NCBI GenBank assembly: GCA_043719295.1
Contig: JAYSUD010000007.1
Location: forward strand, 891 to 64,890
From: a bacterium
Lineage (GTDB): Bacteria > Patescibacteriota > Minisyncoccia > Phycocordibacterales > UBA918
DNA: 64,000 nt
Direction: 5' to 3'
Below, piece by piece: positions 8,971 to 17,925 of the stretch. The notes below the pieces were generated by a model. That model was not told where the DNA came from. It searched no databases and saw nothing but the letters and a program-made list of their open reading frames with translations. How positions within the stretch are numbered: position 1 is the first letter of the stretch; the number at the start of each line of letters is the position of its first letter. Made by a program: the position numbers and the translations under genes.

Positions 8971-9534
8971 ATGATAAAAACATTCACTGGAGTTTTCCTT
9001 TTCAGCCTTTTTGTACTTTCTGCCTCTGCCTCACAAACAGAAGCGTATTTTACAACTAACCAAACAGCTACCAAAATCAACGAGACTACAGCCCTTTTTT
9101 CAATTGAATACGCTTTCGGGCTTGAAAAAAGAGATATCTATATGCCGGTGTATGCAGAACGAGGTCTTCTCCACGCAAGCACAGCACAAAAAGTTGGGTA
9201 TTCCTTACATAAAGACGGTAAAAAAATAACCCTCCAAGGCACAACTATCGGTATGGCAGTTTCTAAAGCGCCGATTGTAAACGGAATGTATAAACTTGAA
9301 AAAGGAAAAGCTCAAAAAATGACACTCTATGTAATCTTAACAACTTCTTCAACAACTCCAGAAATGGATTACACACTCCAAGTTGATAAACTTCCTTTTT
9401 ATGTCGATATCGGAAAGAAAGACCTCCAAACCCAAGGCCTCAACCCTTCAGAGCTACAGTACTACATCACTAAGCAGGTTGGACTCAATTCAAAGCCAAA
9501 AGGGCCAAAAATACAAATTCCAACTGGGAAATAG
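8971..9534 (+). CDS. Secreted hypothetical protein
   Basis: N-terminal signal peptide (FLFSLFVLSASASQ); no recognizable catalytic motif. Confidence 0.45.
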   Translation: MIKTFTGVFLFSLFVLSASASQTEAYFTTNQTATKINETTALFSIEYAFGLEKRDIYMPVYAERGLLHASTAQKVGYSLHKDGKKITLQGTTIGMAVSKAPIVNGMYKLEKGKAQKMTLYVILTTSSTTPEMDYTLQVDKLPFYVDIGKKDLQTQGLNPSELQYYITKQVGLNSKPKGPKIQIPTGK

Positions 9535-9585
9535 ATTACATTGAAAAAGGGCCATGCGCATGCGCAAGGCCCTTTTGCTAGTGAT

Positions 9586-10833
9586 TTACACACTATTGCC
9601 AGCAACCCAACCAGTAGTCCAACACAATTGCAGTGAATACCCTCCTGATGGTCGTGTAATGTTTAGTACGTCTCCGGTAAAGAAAAGATTATCCTGTTTT
9701 TTAGACCGCATCGTTTTCGTATCAACTTCAGAGAGATCAATTCCACCATCAGACACTACAGCCCAGTCGTAGCCCATAGTATCAGTGATAGTAAGTGGCA
9801 TTGCTTTGAGTAAATCAACAAGCGCATGACGTTCTTCTTTGGTTACACTGTGCACCTTTGTTTCTCGAAGTTCAGGACTCATATGAAATCCTACCGCATG
9901 CTGCATCCCCGCAGGTACAATTTCTTTAAGGATATTCATCAACGTTTTATTTTTGCTTATATTAAAAAGCTCTATCACCCGATTACGTAACGTACCTACT
10001 TCCGTATCTGGATACATGTCGATTGTTGCAGTAACCGGACCAAAACGTAATAACTGCTTCACTTGATTGGCACTATTAAGAATTAAAGGCCCTGAGATAC
10101 CAAAATGGGTAAACAAAAGTCGTCCTGTTTTAGAAAAGCTCTTCTTCTTGTTTTTGTTTATGTCGTTGAAGGTAATCTTCATAAATGACAACGCGGTACC
10201 TGAAAGCTCTTTAACCCACCTATCTGCAACTTTAAGCGGGACAATATTTGGATTTGGTTTATGAACCGTATGTCCAAGCGAAGTTAACCATTCTAGACCT
10301 TCACCCGTTGAACCAGTTTCTTTGTGCGATGAGCCTCCAGTAGCGAGGATAAAGTTTGTACCTCCAAATGATTCACCATTTGTTTCAACTCCAACAATCT
10401 TCCCTTCACGTACTATAAAGTTAGTTACTTTGTAGCCAAGCTTCAAGGTAACTCCATTTTTGGTCATGTATTTTTTCAAAAGTGCAGTCACGTCGGGTGC
10501 ACTTTGTGTTTCAGGAAACGCTCGTTTACCACTTTCAACTACAAGTGGTAGTCCTCTTTTTTCAAAGAAATCAAAACATTCTTTTACTCCGAACTGTGAA
10601 AATGGTGAGAATAGAAATTTATCAGCATCACCATAGTGCGATAAAAGTTTTCTGACATCGTATTCTGCATTGGTAACGTTACACCGTCCACCACCAGTGA
10701 TTGAGAGCTTCTTCCCAAATTCCTTATTCTTTTCTATGATTAAGACACGTTTTCCGTTCTCAGCAGCTCGGCCCGCTGCAAACATACCAGAAGCTCCGCC
10801 ACCAATAACAACCACATCATACTGGGCACTCAT
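9586..10833 (-). CDS. NAD(P)/FAD-dependent oxidoreductase, HI0933/BaiN (aminoacetone oxidase-like) family flavoprotein
   Basis: N-terminal Rossmann motif YDVVVIGGGASGMFAAGRAA, GGGRCNVTN motif typical of HI0933-like proteins; track ORF 9586..10893, likely start MSAQYD at 10833. Confidence 0.8.
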   Translation of the reverse strand: MSAQYDVVVIGGGASGMFAAGRAAENGKRVLIIEKNKEFGKKLSITGGGRCNVTNAEYDVRKLLSHYGDADKFLFSPFSQFGVKECFDFFEKRGLPLVVESGKRAFPETQSAPDVTALLKKYMTKNGVTLKLGYKVTNFIVREGKIVGVETNGESFGGTNFILATGGSSHKETGSTGEGLEWLTSLGHTVHKPNPNIVPLKVADRWVKELSGTALSFMKITFNDINKNKKKSFSKTGRLLFTHFGISGPLILNSANQVKQLLRFGPVTATIDMYPDTEVGTLRNRVIELFNISKNKTLMNILKEIVPAGMQHAVGFHMSPELRETKVHSVTKEERHALVDLLKAMPLTITDTMGYDWAVVSDGGIDLSEVDTKTMRSKKQDNLFFTGDVLNITRPSGGYSLQLCWTTGWVAGNSV

Positions 10834-10950
10834 GTGAGGTATTTCTTTTTCTACTGGAGTATTTTCGCTCGTAGGAGTTGACATAAGACGCAAAATATAT
10901 CATAATCATCACCTAATTGCAACTTGCATATCTAGCTGAAACAAGGTTTT

Positions 10951-11152
10951 CAGAAACGAGTGCAATTCGAGGCGGGCAAAGAAATTTTTACGAGGTGTGA
11001 GAAGTGACTGAATGTCACTTCGCAAGACTCAATGAGACAATTCGTAACGAAGTGGAGAAGAGTCCATTAAGTGGACAGCTTCGGTACGAAGAGTTGTAGT
11101 ACATTGAGAAAAAATTTCTGTAGGCCAACGAAGAAGTGTGCCGTTTGTGGAA
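10951..11152 (+). repeat. Intergenic repeat element copy R1 (longest form; 5', middle and 3' modules all present)
   Basis: CAGAAACGAGTGCAATTCGAGGCGGGCAAAGAAATTTTTACGAG … GAGAAGTGACTGAATGTCACTTCGCAAGACTC … ACGAAGAAGTGTGCCGTTTGTGGAA; related copies at 24085, 26191, 38481, 43103, 44470, 50037(rc), 54270, 54996. Confidence 0.6.
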
Positions 11153-11164
11153 ATCTAACATACT

Positions 11165-11887
11165 ATGTCATCAGAAAATAATATCTATCCTATGCGATTG
11201 AATAAATACTTGGCTCACCAAGGTACTGCTTCACGTCGGGAAGCTGACACCCTTATTGAACAAGGGCAAATTCTTGTTAATGGGAAAACTGCGGTTATGG
11301 GTCAAAAAGTTGAACGAACTGACACCGTTACTCTTAAAGGCTCTACAAAAGAAAAGAAGTATCTTGCTTACTACAAAGGCCGAGGGATTATTACTCACTC
11401 ACCGAGTGCTGGCGAAGTTGATATTGCAACAAAACTTAAAGAAGACTACAGCATCACTGATGTGAACCCTGTTGGACGGCTTGATAAAGATTCTGAAGGA
11501 CTGATGATTTTAACTAACGATGGCCGTATTACAGGCCCCTTACTCGACCCCGAAGCAGAACACGAAAAAGAATACGAGGTATCCGTTGATAAACCAGTTA
11601 ATGGTTTTTTCTTGAAACAACTTGAGCACGGAGTAAACATTGAAGGTTATTTTACAAAACCATCAACAGCAACCAAACACAAACACCCACTGAAGTTCAC
11701 GCTAATCCTAACTGAAGGTAAAAAACACCAAATCCGGCGTATGTGTGCAGCACTAGGCTACCAAGTCCAAGACCTCAAACGAGTACGTATTGCCAACATT
11801 GAGTTAGGCGAACTCAAGCCAAACCAATACCGAATCCTAAAAGGCCAAGAACTCGAAGCTTTCCTAAAAGAACTCAACACCAACTAA
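11165..11887 (+). CDS. rsuA: Pseudouridine synthase, RsuA/RluB family (S4 domain + catalytic domain)
   Basis: N-terminal S4-like MRLNKYLAHQGTASRREAD; catalytic motif VGRLDKDSEGLMILTNDG; KKHQIRRM motif. Exact paralog (RsuA vs RluB) uncertain. Confidence 0.8.
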   Translation: MSSENNIYPMRLNKYLAHQGTASRREADTLIEQGQILVNGKTAVMGQKVERTDTVTLKGSTKEKKYLAYYKGRGIITHSPSAGEVDIATKLKEDYSITDVNPVGRLDKDSEGLMILTNDGRITGPLLDPEAEHEKEYEVSVDKPVNGFFLKQLEHGVNIEGYFTKPSTATKHKHPLKFTLILTEGKKHQIRRMCAALGYQVQDLKRVRIANIELGELKPNQYRILKGQELEAFLKELNTN

Positions 11888-11913
11888 CAACCTATCCCCT
11901 TGTCGAACTACGA

Positions 11914-11940
11914 AGTCCGAGGTCCGACCTCGGACTTTTA
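11914..11940 (+). terminator. Rho-independent terminator hairpin (AGTCCGAGG tccg ACCTCGGACT + TTTT) after rsuA
   Basis: Perfect 9-bp stem read in sequence followed by T-tract; a near-identical palindrome recurs at 20557-20576. Confidence 0.5.
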
Positions 11941-11960
11941 AATATTTAAATAAATGAAAA

Positions 11961-11988
11961 GGCCGCGTGTAGAGAGACGCGGCCTTTT
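11961..11988. terminator. Bidirectional terminator hairpin (GGCCGCGT gtagagag ACGCGGCC flanked by A-run/T-run)
   Basis: 8-bp GC-rich stem with AAAA 5' and TTTT 3'; sits between convergent genes rsuA(+) and 12006..12296(-). Confidence 0.5.
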
Positions 11989-12005
11989 CAGGTTTCGTCT
12001 TTCGC

Positions 12006-12296
12006 TTACGCGGCCGGAATTTCGCAGAGCTGTAGCAACTCATCGCAGAACGCTTGCCGTTGCTTCGGCGTTGTGCCTGAACCTGCATTAGCCCAGAAGC
12101 CATTGATCGGCCTGTCGATATAACTGCCGAGCGAAAAGGGTTTCCCGGGACAATGCCTTTCCCAAATTTCACCGATCTCGGTTTCATTGGGGAACTTCAA
12201 AACTTGAAAATCCTGATCGAGCTTGTCAGTCCCATTCCAGACAAAGTATCGTCCAGATTTGGAATGATATTTCATTATCAGTGGCAATTTTTCCAT
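12006..12296 (-). CDS. Hypothetical protein; locally GC-rich relative to neighbours (possible horizontally acquired)
   Basis: 96-aa ORF, no recognizable motif; noticeably higher G+C by eye than flanking sequence. Confidence 0.4.
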   Translation of the reverse strand: MEKLPLIMKYHSKSGRYFVWNGTDKLDQDFQVLKFPNETEIGEIWERHCPGKPFSLGSYIDRPINGFWANAGSGTTPKQRQAFCDELLQLCEIPAA

Positions 12297-12414
12297 TGAG
12301 CCCTCCTTGGCTGACTGAGTGGATACAGTATCATTATGCAGAAAAAATACAACGAAATGTGTTGTATACGTAAGTCACACATTTTTTTCTAGTTTATTTT
12401 TCTGCGAACAGTCA

Positions 12415-12852
12415 CTATTCCATCTGATAGCAAGATGTTTTACCTTCTTCTTTTGTCCAATCTGTGTATCGCCACCAAGTCGGCTTAAAAACCATGAATA
12501 CATCTGTTTTATACTTTGCTACTTTTTCTGGGAATTTTTTGAGATAAAAAGCTTCTTGTTCTTTTGTAACCCCAGAAGAAATTGAGCCATCAAACTGTGC
12601 AACAATTGTTTTAATTTCCTCAAAACCTGTCGTAAATGAAGCTCTGGAACTTCTATACGTAGCAATGCGTTCATACTTACGAGATTCTGGTGATGTCTGT
12701 ATAATGATTTCAAGTGTTTCGGGAATACAAGCAAAATGCACAGTAGCCACATGTGGGTCACCATTTAGTAGCTGCGTTGCAAGAGAACCAAATCGTTCCT
12801 TTTGTAGAAACATAATCACCTCATTTTCCATATCTGTGATTTTATTTTCCAA
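12415..12852 (-). CDS. Pyridoxamine 5'-phosphate oxidase-like FMN-binding split-barrel family protein (general stress protein 26-like)
   Basis: Size (145 aa) and pattern …RFGSLATQ..NGDPHVATVHF…YLKKFP… resemble PNPOx-like fold proteins; weak. Confidence 0.5.
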   Translation of the reverse strand: MENKITDMENEVIMFLQKERFGSLATQLLNGDPHVATVHFACIPETLEIIIQTSPESRKYERIATYRSSRASFTTGFEEIKTIVAQFDGSISSGVTKEQEAFYLKKFPEKVAKYKTDVFMVFKPTWWRYTDWTKEEGKTSCYQME

Positions 12853-12878
12853 GTTTTGCTAAGTAACTTACACAACAA

Positions 12879-13754
12879 TTATTTATTCTTGATTGATTCA
12901 AGCATTGCTGCCATTCCCGCTAGGTCTTTATTTGAACCAGCATCGATGATAATAGTGTTGCCGTGACTTGCTGCACTTGTAATAGTGTCGAGTCTGTTGG
13001 TGTCAGTTAGAAACTGGATTGCGATATCTGTTTTAAGTCCAGCTTCCTGCATGGTCTTCATTGCCTCCTCAAGTCCTCTTGCAATTGCTGTTCGCATTTG
13101 TGCCATACCTTCACCTTGTAGCTTCTTACTCTCAGCTTCTGCTTGTGCTGCACCAACAAGTTTTATGCGCGCTGCTTCAGCTTCGTTTCGAGCTGCTTCC
13201 ATCAGCCGTTTACTTGCAATGACCTTATTAAACGCATCACGCACTTCACTACTTGGCTGTGGCTCATCAACAAGGACGTTTTCAATACTGTATCCAAACC
13301 GAGCGAATTGTTCGGATAATGCGGTTTGCACCTGTGACTCTACAGCGTCACGATTAGCATACAGCTCCGTCATTTCCATACCTGATGCTGTTTGTCGCAC
13401 ATTGTTTAATACATAGGAGGTAATTTGTTTCTCTGGTGATTCAAGTTCGTAATGCGCTTTAACGGCGCCAATAGCATCGTCACTTGCTTTATACTGTACT
13501 TTAACAGGCAACATCATGAAAGCGTTGTCACTAGTCTTAACAGACACATCAGCGTGAATTTCCTGAAGTTGGACATTTACCCGAGAAACTATTTTCGTAA
13601 TTGGCCACGGCAATTTAACATGGAGCCCCGGGAATACCGCTTGTGGATGTGGTCGGCCAAATGTCTCTAAAATTGCTGCAGTCTTCCCTTTTACCACATA
13701 CAACATTGAAGGTACACAGAGTACCGCTACTATTAAAATAACAATCCAAAACAT
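12879..13754 (-). CDS. SPFH/band 7 (stomatin/prohibitin-like) membrane protein
   Basis: N-terminal TM, SPFH-like core, long Ala/Glu/Lys-rich coiled-coil tail (EAARNEAEAARIKLVGAAQAEAESKKLQGE). Confidence 0.8.
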   Translation of the reverse strand: MFWIVILIVAVLCVPSMLYVVKGKTAAILETFGRPHPQAVFPGLHVKLPWPITKIVSRVNVQLQEIHADVSVKTSDNAFMMLPVKVQYKASDDAIGAVKAHYELESPEKQITSYVLNNVRQTASGMEMTELYANRDAVESQVQTALSEQFARFGYSIENVLVDEPQPSSEVRDAFNKVIASKRLMEAARNEAEAARIKLVGAAQAEAESKKLQGEGMAQMRTAIARGLEEAMKTMQEAGLKTDIAIQFLTDTNRLDTITSAASHGNTIIIDAGSNKDLAGMAAMLESIKNK

Positions 13755-13821
13755 AGCTCAATATGACTTAACGAATATAGCGACAGTATAACAAACTCGT
13801 ACCAAACTGGTACAGCTTAAA

Positions 13822-13856
13822 CAAAAATCGGCTTTGAAAGCCGATTTTTTGTTTAA
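13822..13856 (-). terminator. Intrinsic terminator hairpin downstream of typA (AAAAATCGGCTTT gaa AAAGCCGATTTTT)
   Basis: 13-bp stem with A/T runs on both sides, 10 nt after typA stop (minus strand). Confidence 0.5.
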
Positions 13857-13865
13857 GCATTCTTA

Positions 13866-15656
13866 CTACCCCTTACTCCCTTTCTTTCTATCACCTTCTT
13901 TTAGCTGTTGCTTTCGGAGTCGAACAGATACGGGACATACTTCGAGATATTCATCTTCAGCCATAATCTCGAGACCAATTTCAATTGACAGCGGACGGTG
14001 TGGCACAAGTGTTGTAGCTTCGTCAGTTCCTGATGCGCGCATGTTGGTAAGTTGCTTTCCTTTAGTAGGATTTACCGTCATCTCTTCACCCTTAGAGGTG
14101 TTACCAATTACCATTCCCTCGTACACTTCGTCTCCTGCAGTGATGTACAAAGCGCCACGGTCTTGCAAACTAAAGAGTGAGAATCCAAGTGCTTTTCCAG
14201 GTGCCATTGAGATCATTGATCCAGCTTTTCGCTTCTTGATTTCACCAGCATATGGTTTAAACCCAAGTACCTGTGAAGCTAAAATACCTTCTCCTCGCGT
14301 ATCAACCATAAATTGGTTTTTGTATCCAAGAAGTCCTCGAGTTGGTCCTTCGAAAATCAATCGCACTTGATTCCCATGTACGATCATATTCTGCATGATA
14401 AATGCTCGGTTTGAGAGTCGTTCAATAACAGGGCCTTGGTATTCAGAAGGAATATCAACCGTCACTTCTTCAAATGGCTCCATTTTATGTCCATCAACTT
14501 CACGGATAATTACCTGTGGTTGTGATACTGAAAGTTCAAATCCTTCACGTCGCATGTTTTCAAGCAAGATAGCAACATGCATTTCACCTCGTCCATATAC
14601 TTGGAAAATATCACCTCCACTAAAGTCTACCTGTAGTCCAACGTTAATTTCAAGCTCTTTCTCAAGACGTGCTTTGATTTGTCGTGAAGTTACATACTTT
14701 CCTTCTTTACCAGCAAACGGAGAACTGTTTACCAAGAATTGAAGACCAATAGTTGGTTCGTCAATTGAAATTGCTGGCAATGGTTCAACACTTTCGTTGT
14801 CAGTAAGTGTCTCACCAATGTTGATGTCGGTAAGTCCTGCAATAAGTACAATGTCTCCCGCAAATGCTTCCTGCATTTCAACTTGAGCGATACCTCGGTA
14901 GCCACTAAGTTTTACAATTTTTCCTTTCTTTGTGTCCATCCCATCATGTTTTATAAAAAGCTGTTGTGCTTTCTCAAGTTTTCCTTCGTAAATACGCGCA
15001 ACCGCAAGACGTCCAAGGAAATTGTCATACCCAAGGTTAAACACCTGTGCTTTAAGCGCTTGACCTGCTTCATATCCTTTCGCTGCAGGTACTTTTTCCA
15101 AAATTACATCAAGAAGTGGTGAGAGATCAACGAGTTCATCGCTCATCTTCCGCTTTGCAACTCCTTGTCGTCCGATTGCGTACACCGGTGTAAAGTCAGA
15201 CTGTTCGTCGTTAGCGCCAAGCTCTAAGAAAAGCTCAAGTACTTGCTCCTCACATTTTGACGGATTTGCAGCAGGTTTATCAATCTTGTTGATAACCACA
15301 ATTGGTTTGAGTCCAAGCTCAAGTGACTTCTTAAGTACAAAGCGAGTTTGTGGCATTGGCCCTTCTTGCGCATCAACTACCAAAAGCACACAGTCAATTG
15401 AACGGAGTACTCGTTCTACTTCAGAACCGAAGTCCGCGTGACCAGGAGTATCAACAATATTGATTTTAGTGCCCTTATACTCAATTGAGGTGTTCTTTGC
15501 GTAAATGGTAATACCTCGCTCTTTTTCAAGTGCGTTGTTGTCCATTGAAGCCCCCGCTTCACGGAAACCAGTTTGTTCCATAAGTGCGTCGGTCAAGGTA
15601 GTCTTACCATGGTCTACGTGGGCGATGATTGCAATATTTCGAATTTCTTGGCTCAT
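13866..15656 (-). CDS. typA: Translational GTPase TypA/BipA
   Basis: N-terminus IRNIAIIAHVDHGKTTLTDALM (G1), DTPGHADF (G3), NKIDK (G4); 596 aa, matches BipA length and domain order rather than LepA/EF-G. Confidence 0.9.
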   Translation of the reverse strand: MSQEIRNIAIIAHVDHGKTTLTDALMEQTGFREAGASMDNNALEKERGITIYAKNTSIEYKGTKINIVDTPGHADFGSEVERVLRSIDCVLLVVDAQEGPMPQTRFVLKKSLELGLKPIVVINKIDKPAANPSKCEEQVLELFLELGANDEQSDFTPVYAIGRQGVAKRKMSDELVDLSPLLDVILEKVPAAKGYEAGQALKAQVFNLGYDNFLGRLAVARIYEGKLEKAQQLFIKHDGMDTKKGKIVKLSGYRGIAQVEMQEAFAGDIVLIAGLTDINIGETLTDNESVEPLPAISIDEPTIGLQFLVNSSPFAGKEGKYVTSRQIKARLEKELEINVGLQVDFSGGDIFQVYGRGEMHVAILLENMRREGFELSVSQPQVIIREVDGHKMEPFEEVTVDIPSEYQGPVIERLSNRAFIMQNMIVHGNQVRLIFEGPTRGLLGYKNQFMVDTRGEGILASQVLGFKPYAGEIKKRKAGSMISMAPGKALGFSLFSLQDRGALYITAGDEVYEGMVIGNTSKGEEMTVNPTKGKQLTNMRASGTDEATTLVPHRPLSIEIGLEIMAEDEYLEVCPVSVRLRKQQLKEGDRKKGSKG

Positions 15657-15803
15657 AGTAATTGTTTGTTAAATAAAAATGGCGCACAAAGGCGTCGTTA
15701 AGTGGCAGTAGGATACAGTTAAAACACGATTTTGTCTAGACGTCAGAAATGAAAAAGGCCGTCGCAACGCCCCTTTTCGGTTTGTTACGATGGCCGTAGC
15801 CAG

Positions 15804-16139
15804 CTATTGTCCACCATTTGACTCAGATACGTTGCGACTGAACATATCATCAACAGTCCTCATCCGCTTTGAACGTCCCTGCTCAAAGCCAGCATCGAAA
15901 CCTGCCTGAGCAACAGTCGACAAGAGTTCGTAGAGACTGGTGTTTGATCCTGGGTCCCCTACGATTGTTACAAGAGCTTGCATGAATGCATCAGATGAAC
16001 CTAGTGCGATTGCAATCGGATCGCATACATCCTCACCAAAATCATCAATACGCGGATCATGATCACAGATTATTCTCACCCCAAAAACTTCTGCTTGATC
16101 ATTTCTGAAAGCCATATGAAACTTAGTTGGCACTTTCAT
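15804..16139 (-). CDS. Hypothetical protein (GC-rich outlier)
   Basis: 111-aa ORF without recognizable motifs; higher local G+C. Confidence 0.35.
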   Translation of the reverse strand: MKVPTKFHMAFRNDQAEVFGVRIICDHDPRIDDFGEDVCDPIAIALGSSDAFMQALVTIVGDPGSNTSLYELLSTVAQAGFDAGFEQGRSKRMRTVDDMFSRNVSESNGGQ

Positions 16140-16183
16140 AACATTTTCTCCCTTGATATTTCAGGCGGATTCAAAATACTCCT

Positions 16184-16441
16184 CTACTTTGAATTAGTCA
16201 ATCTTTGTTTCTCTTCACGAGTTAAGTTTTTAAGCTCTGCTTCCTCTTTTTGAGCATAACTTCGATTTTTCTTTCGTTTTTTGTACACCAAAACTACAGG
16301 GCGACGTGCTTTTGTATATTTTGCACCAGAAGTTTTCTTCCCTTCACCATTATGTTCTTGTACTCGACGTGCCACGTCAGTAGTCACCCCAGTATACAAA
16401 GACTCATCACTACAACGGACCATGTATACAAACCACGTCAT
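16184..16441 (-). CDS. GIY-YIG nuclease family protein (UPF0213/YhbQ-like)
   Basis: WFVYMVRCSDESLYTGVTTDVARRVQEHN…RRPVVLVY = GIY-YIG signature; track ORF 16184..16489, likely start MTWFVYMV at 16441. Confidence 0.7.
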   Translation of the reverse strand: MTWFVYMVRCSDESLYTGVTTDVARRVQEHNGEGKKTSGAKYTKARRPVVLVYKKRKKNRSYAQKEEAELKNLTREEKQRLTNSK

Positions 16442-16442
16442 A

Positions 16443-17078
16443 TTACAAAGTTGCACTCTTTCTTCGATGATAGACAAAGAAAAATACAATCACAATTAAG
16501 CAAAAAAGTGGCACATACACCAACGGTGACAAAAGGGTTGTGAACTTTGAATTACCTAAAAATTCTTTGACCTCAAACAGCGTACGTACGTTTGCAAAAT
16601 ATCCACGATTTATCTTCTCAGTCCCTAACATCAAACGATACTTCCCTTCATTGTTAGGAGAACTCACCTCAAGTGTATATACACCAGGTTCAAGATTTGC
16701 TTCAAGTGCCCCTCCATTTCTAAATGTCTCAACAAGCATTCTGTCTTTCACTTCATTCCATGGTTGCTCTTTTATCAAAGTACGCTTAATCTCAGTCACC
16801 CCACGCCGTTCTTGCTTTACAATAATTATTGATACATCATTTTTTTGAACAGCAATATCAGGAATTGATACTGTAGCTTTAAACTGATAGGAGGTTGGAA
16901 CTTCAAATTCAAACGTGTGTGGGTATCCATCGAGACGACCAAAAAATTCTTGAGATGTTGTCGGCTCTGCAATTTGGAGTACTGCGTACTGGTCTTGGGG
17001 CTTTGCAATAACTGAAGTATACGCAAGTGCGCATACTGGCAATAAAAGTAGAATAAAAAATAGAGCTCTCAAAGACAT
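16443..17078 (-). CDS. Secreted protein with C-terminal TM anchor and basic tail
   Basis: Signal peptide (FFILLLLPVCALA); C-terminus LVYVPLFCLIVIVFFFVYHRRK. Confidence 0.45.
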   Translation of the reverse strand: MSLRALFFILLLLPVCALAYTSVIAKPQDQYAVLQIAEPTTSQEFFGRLDGYPHTFEFEVPTSYQFKATVSIPDIAVQKNDVSIIIVKQERRGVTEIKRTLIKEQPWNEVKDRMLVETFRNGGALEANLEPGVYTLEVSSPNNEGKYRLMLGTEKINRGYFANVRTLFEVKEFLGNSKFTTLLSPLVYVPLFCLIVIVFFFVYHRRKSATL

Positions 17079-17118
17079 AATAAACTCATTGTATCAGATG
17101 AGTCAGAACGACAGAAAA

Positions 17119-17706
17119 TTATTCAGCGGTGACACCTCCTTCATTGAAACGATCAAACATCATTTGAATTGGACCTTCTTCAATAAGAACAGGGTACGTG
17201 CTTGTCGGGTTTGCCATAAATTCCCATACTGCAATCAAACTTTCTTGAAGAACTGTGTCATTTGCAAGCTTAGTTGAGCAAGTATCAAGTGCATAGGTCT
17301 TTCCTTCTTTTGTCACATCGTACATATAGTCAAGTCCATCAACATAGCTAGCACATTCACCTGAAGTAGTATCTTGCGCAAGCGAAACTAGTTTTTCTGT
17401 AGTGAGTTTTTGGAATACAGAGGTACGCATGTCTACAGGAATCCTTCCGTCAGTTACTTCTGCACGAGGTGTGCTTTGGTACTGATACTTTCTATTGTCT
17501 TGAAGTTTAAATGAGGAGCAGGCATCCATTTCCTGACACCCACCATACATTTTACCTTCAATCACCACTGTATCTTCACTTATTATTTCTGACTCGTCAG
17601 TATTGGGTGCTAGTTCGGGCACAAATACGGTGACATAGAGAAACATTCCCGAAAGTATTCCCATAACAAGCGATGAACCCAAAATAAAGTAAATTTTCCC
17701 TGTCAT
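17119..17706 (-). CDS. Membrane-anchored hypothetical protein
   Basis: Likely start MTGKIYFILGSSLVMGILSGMFLYV (N-terminal TM); several Cys in extracytoplasmic part. Confidence 0.45.
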   Translation of the reverse strand: MTGKIYFILGSSLVMGILSGMFLYVTVFVPELAPNTDESEIISEDTVVIEGKMYGGCQEMDACSSFKLQDNRKYQYQSTPRAEVTDGRIPVDMRTSVFQKLTTEKLVSLAQDTTSGECASYVDGLDYMYDVTKEGKTYALDTCSTKLANDTVLQESLIAVWEFMANPTSTYPVLIEEGPIQMMFDRFNEGGVTAE

Positions 17707-17835
17707 ACAGTTAATTAATTGTAATCTACAGTATAGCAAATGTTTCAAAACACAATCGCACAATCCCTAGATATGGGGTAGAATTCCCTTGCTCAAGTAA
17801 CAGAGACTAGTACACGTAATACATTGATTTTTTAT

Positions 17836-17922
17836 GGAGAGTTCGCATAGTGGTCTAGTGCACTGCCTTGGAAAGGCAGCATCGGGGCAACCTGATCAGG
17901 AGTTCAAATCTCCTACTCTCCG
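17836..17922 (+). tRNA. tRNA-Ser (anticodon GGA), long variable arm
   Basis: Acceptor GGAGAGT/ACTCTCC, 3-bp D-stem, anticodon stem CTGCC/GGCAG with loop TTGGAAA (GGA), 18-nt variable arm, T-arm AGGAG-TTCAAAT-CTCCT, discriminator G. Confidence 0.85.
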
Positions 17923-17925
17923 CAT

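Noticed and set aside
13834-14742. Plus-strand ORFs 13834..14370 and 14395..14742
   Set aside because: They are antisense within typA; Ser/Pro/Cys-rich translations with no motifs.
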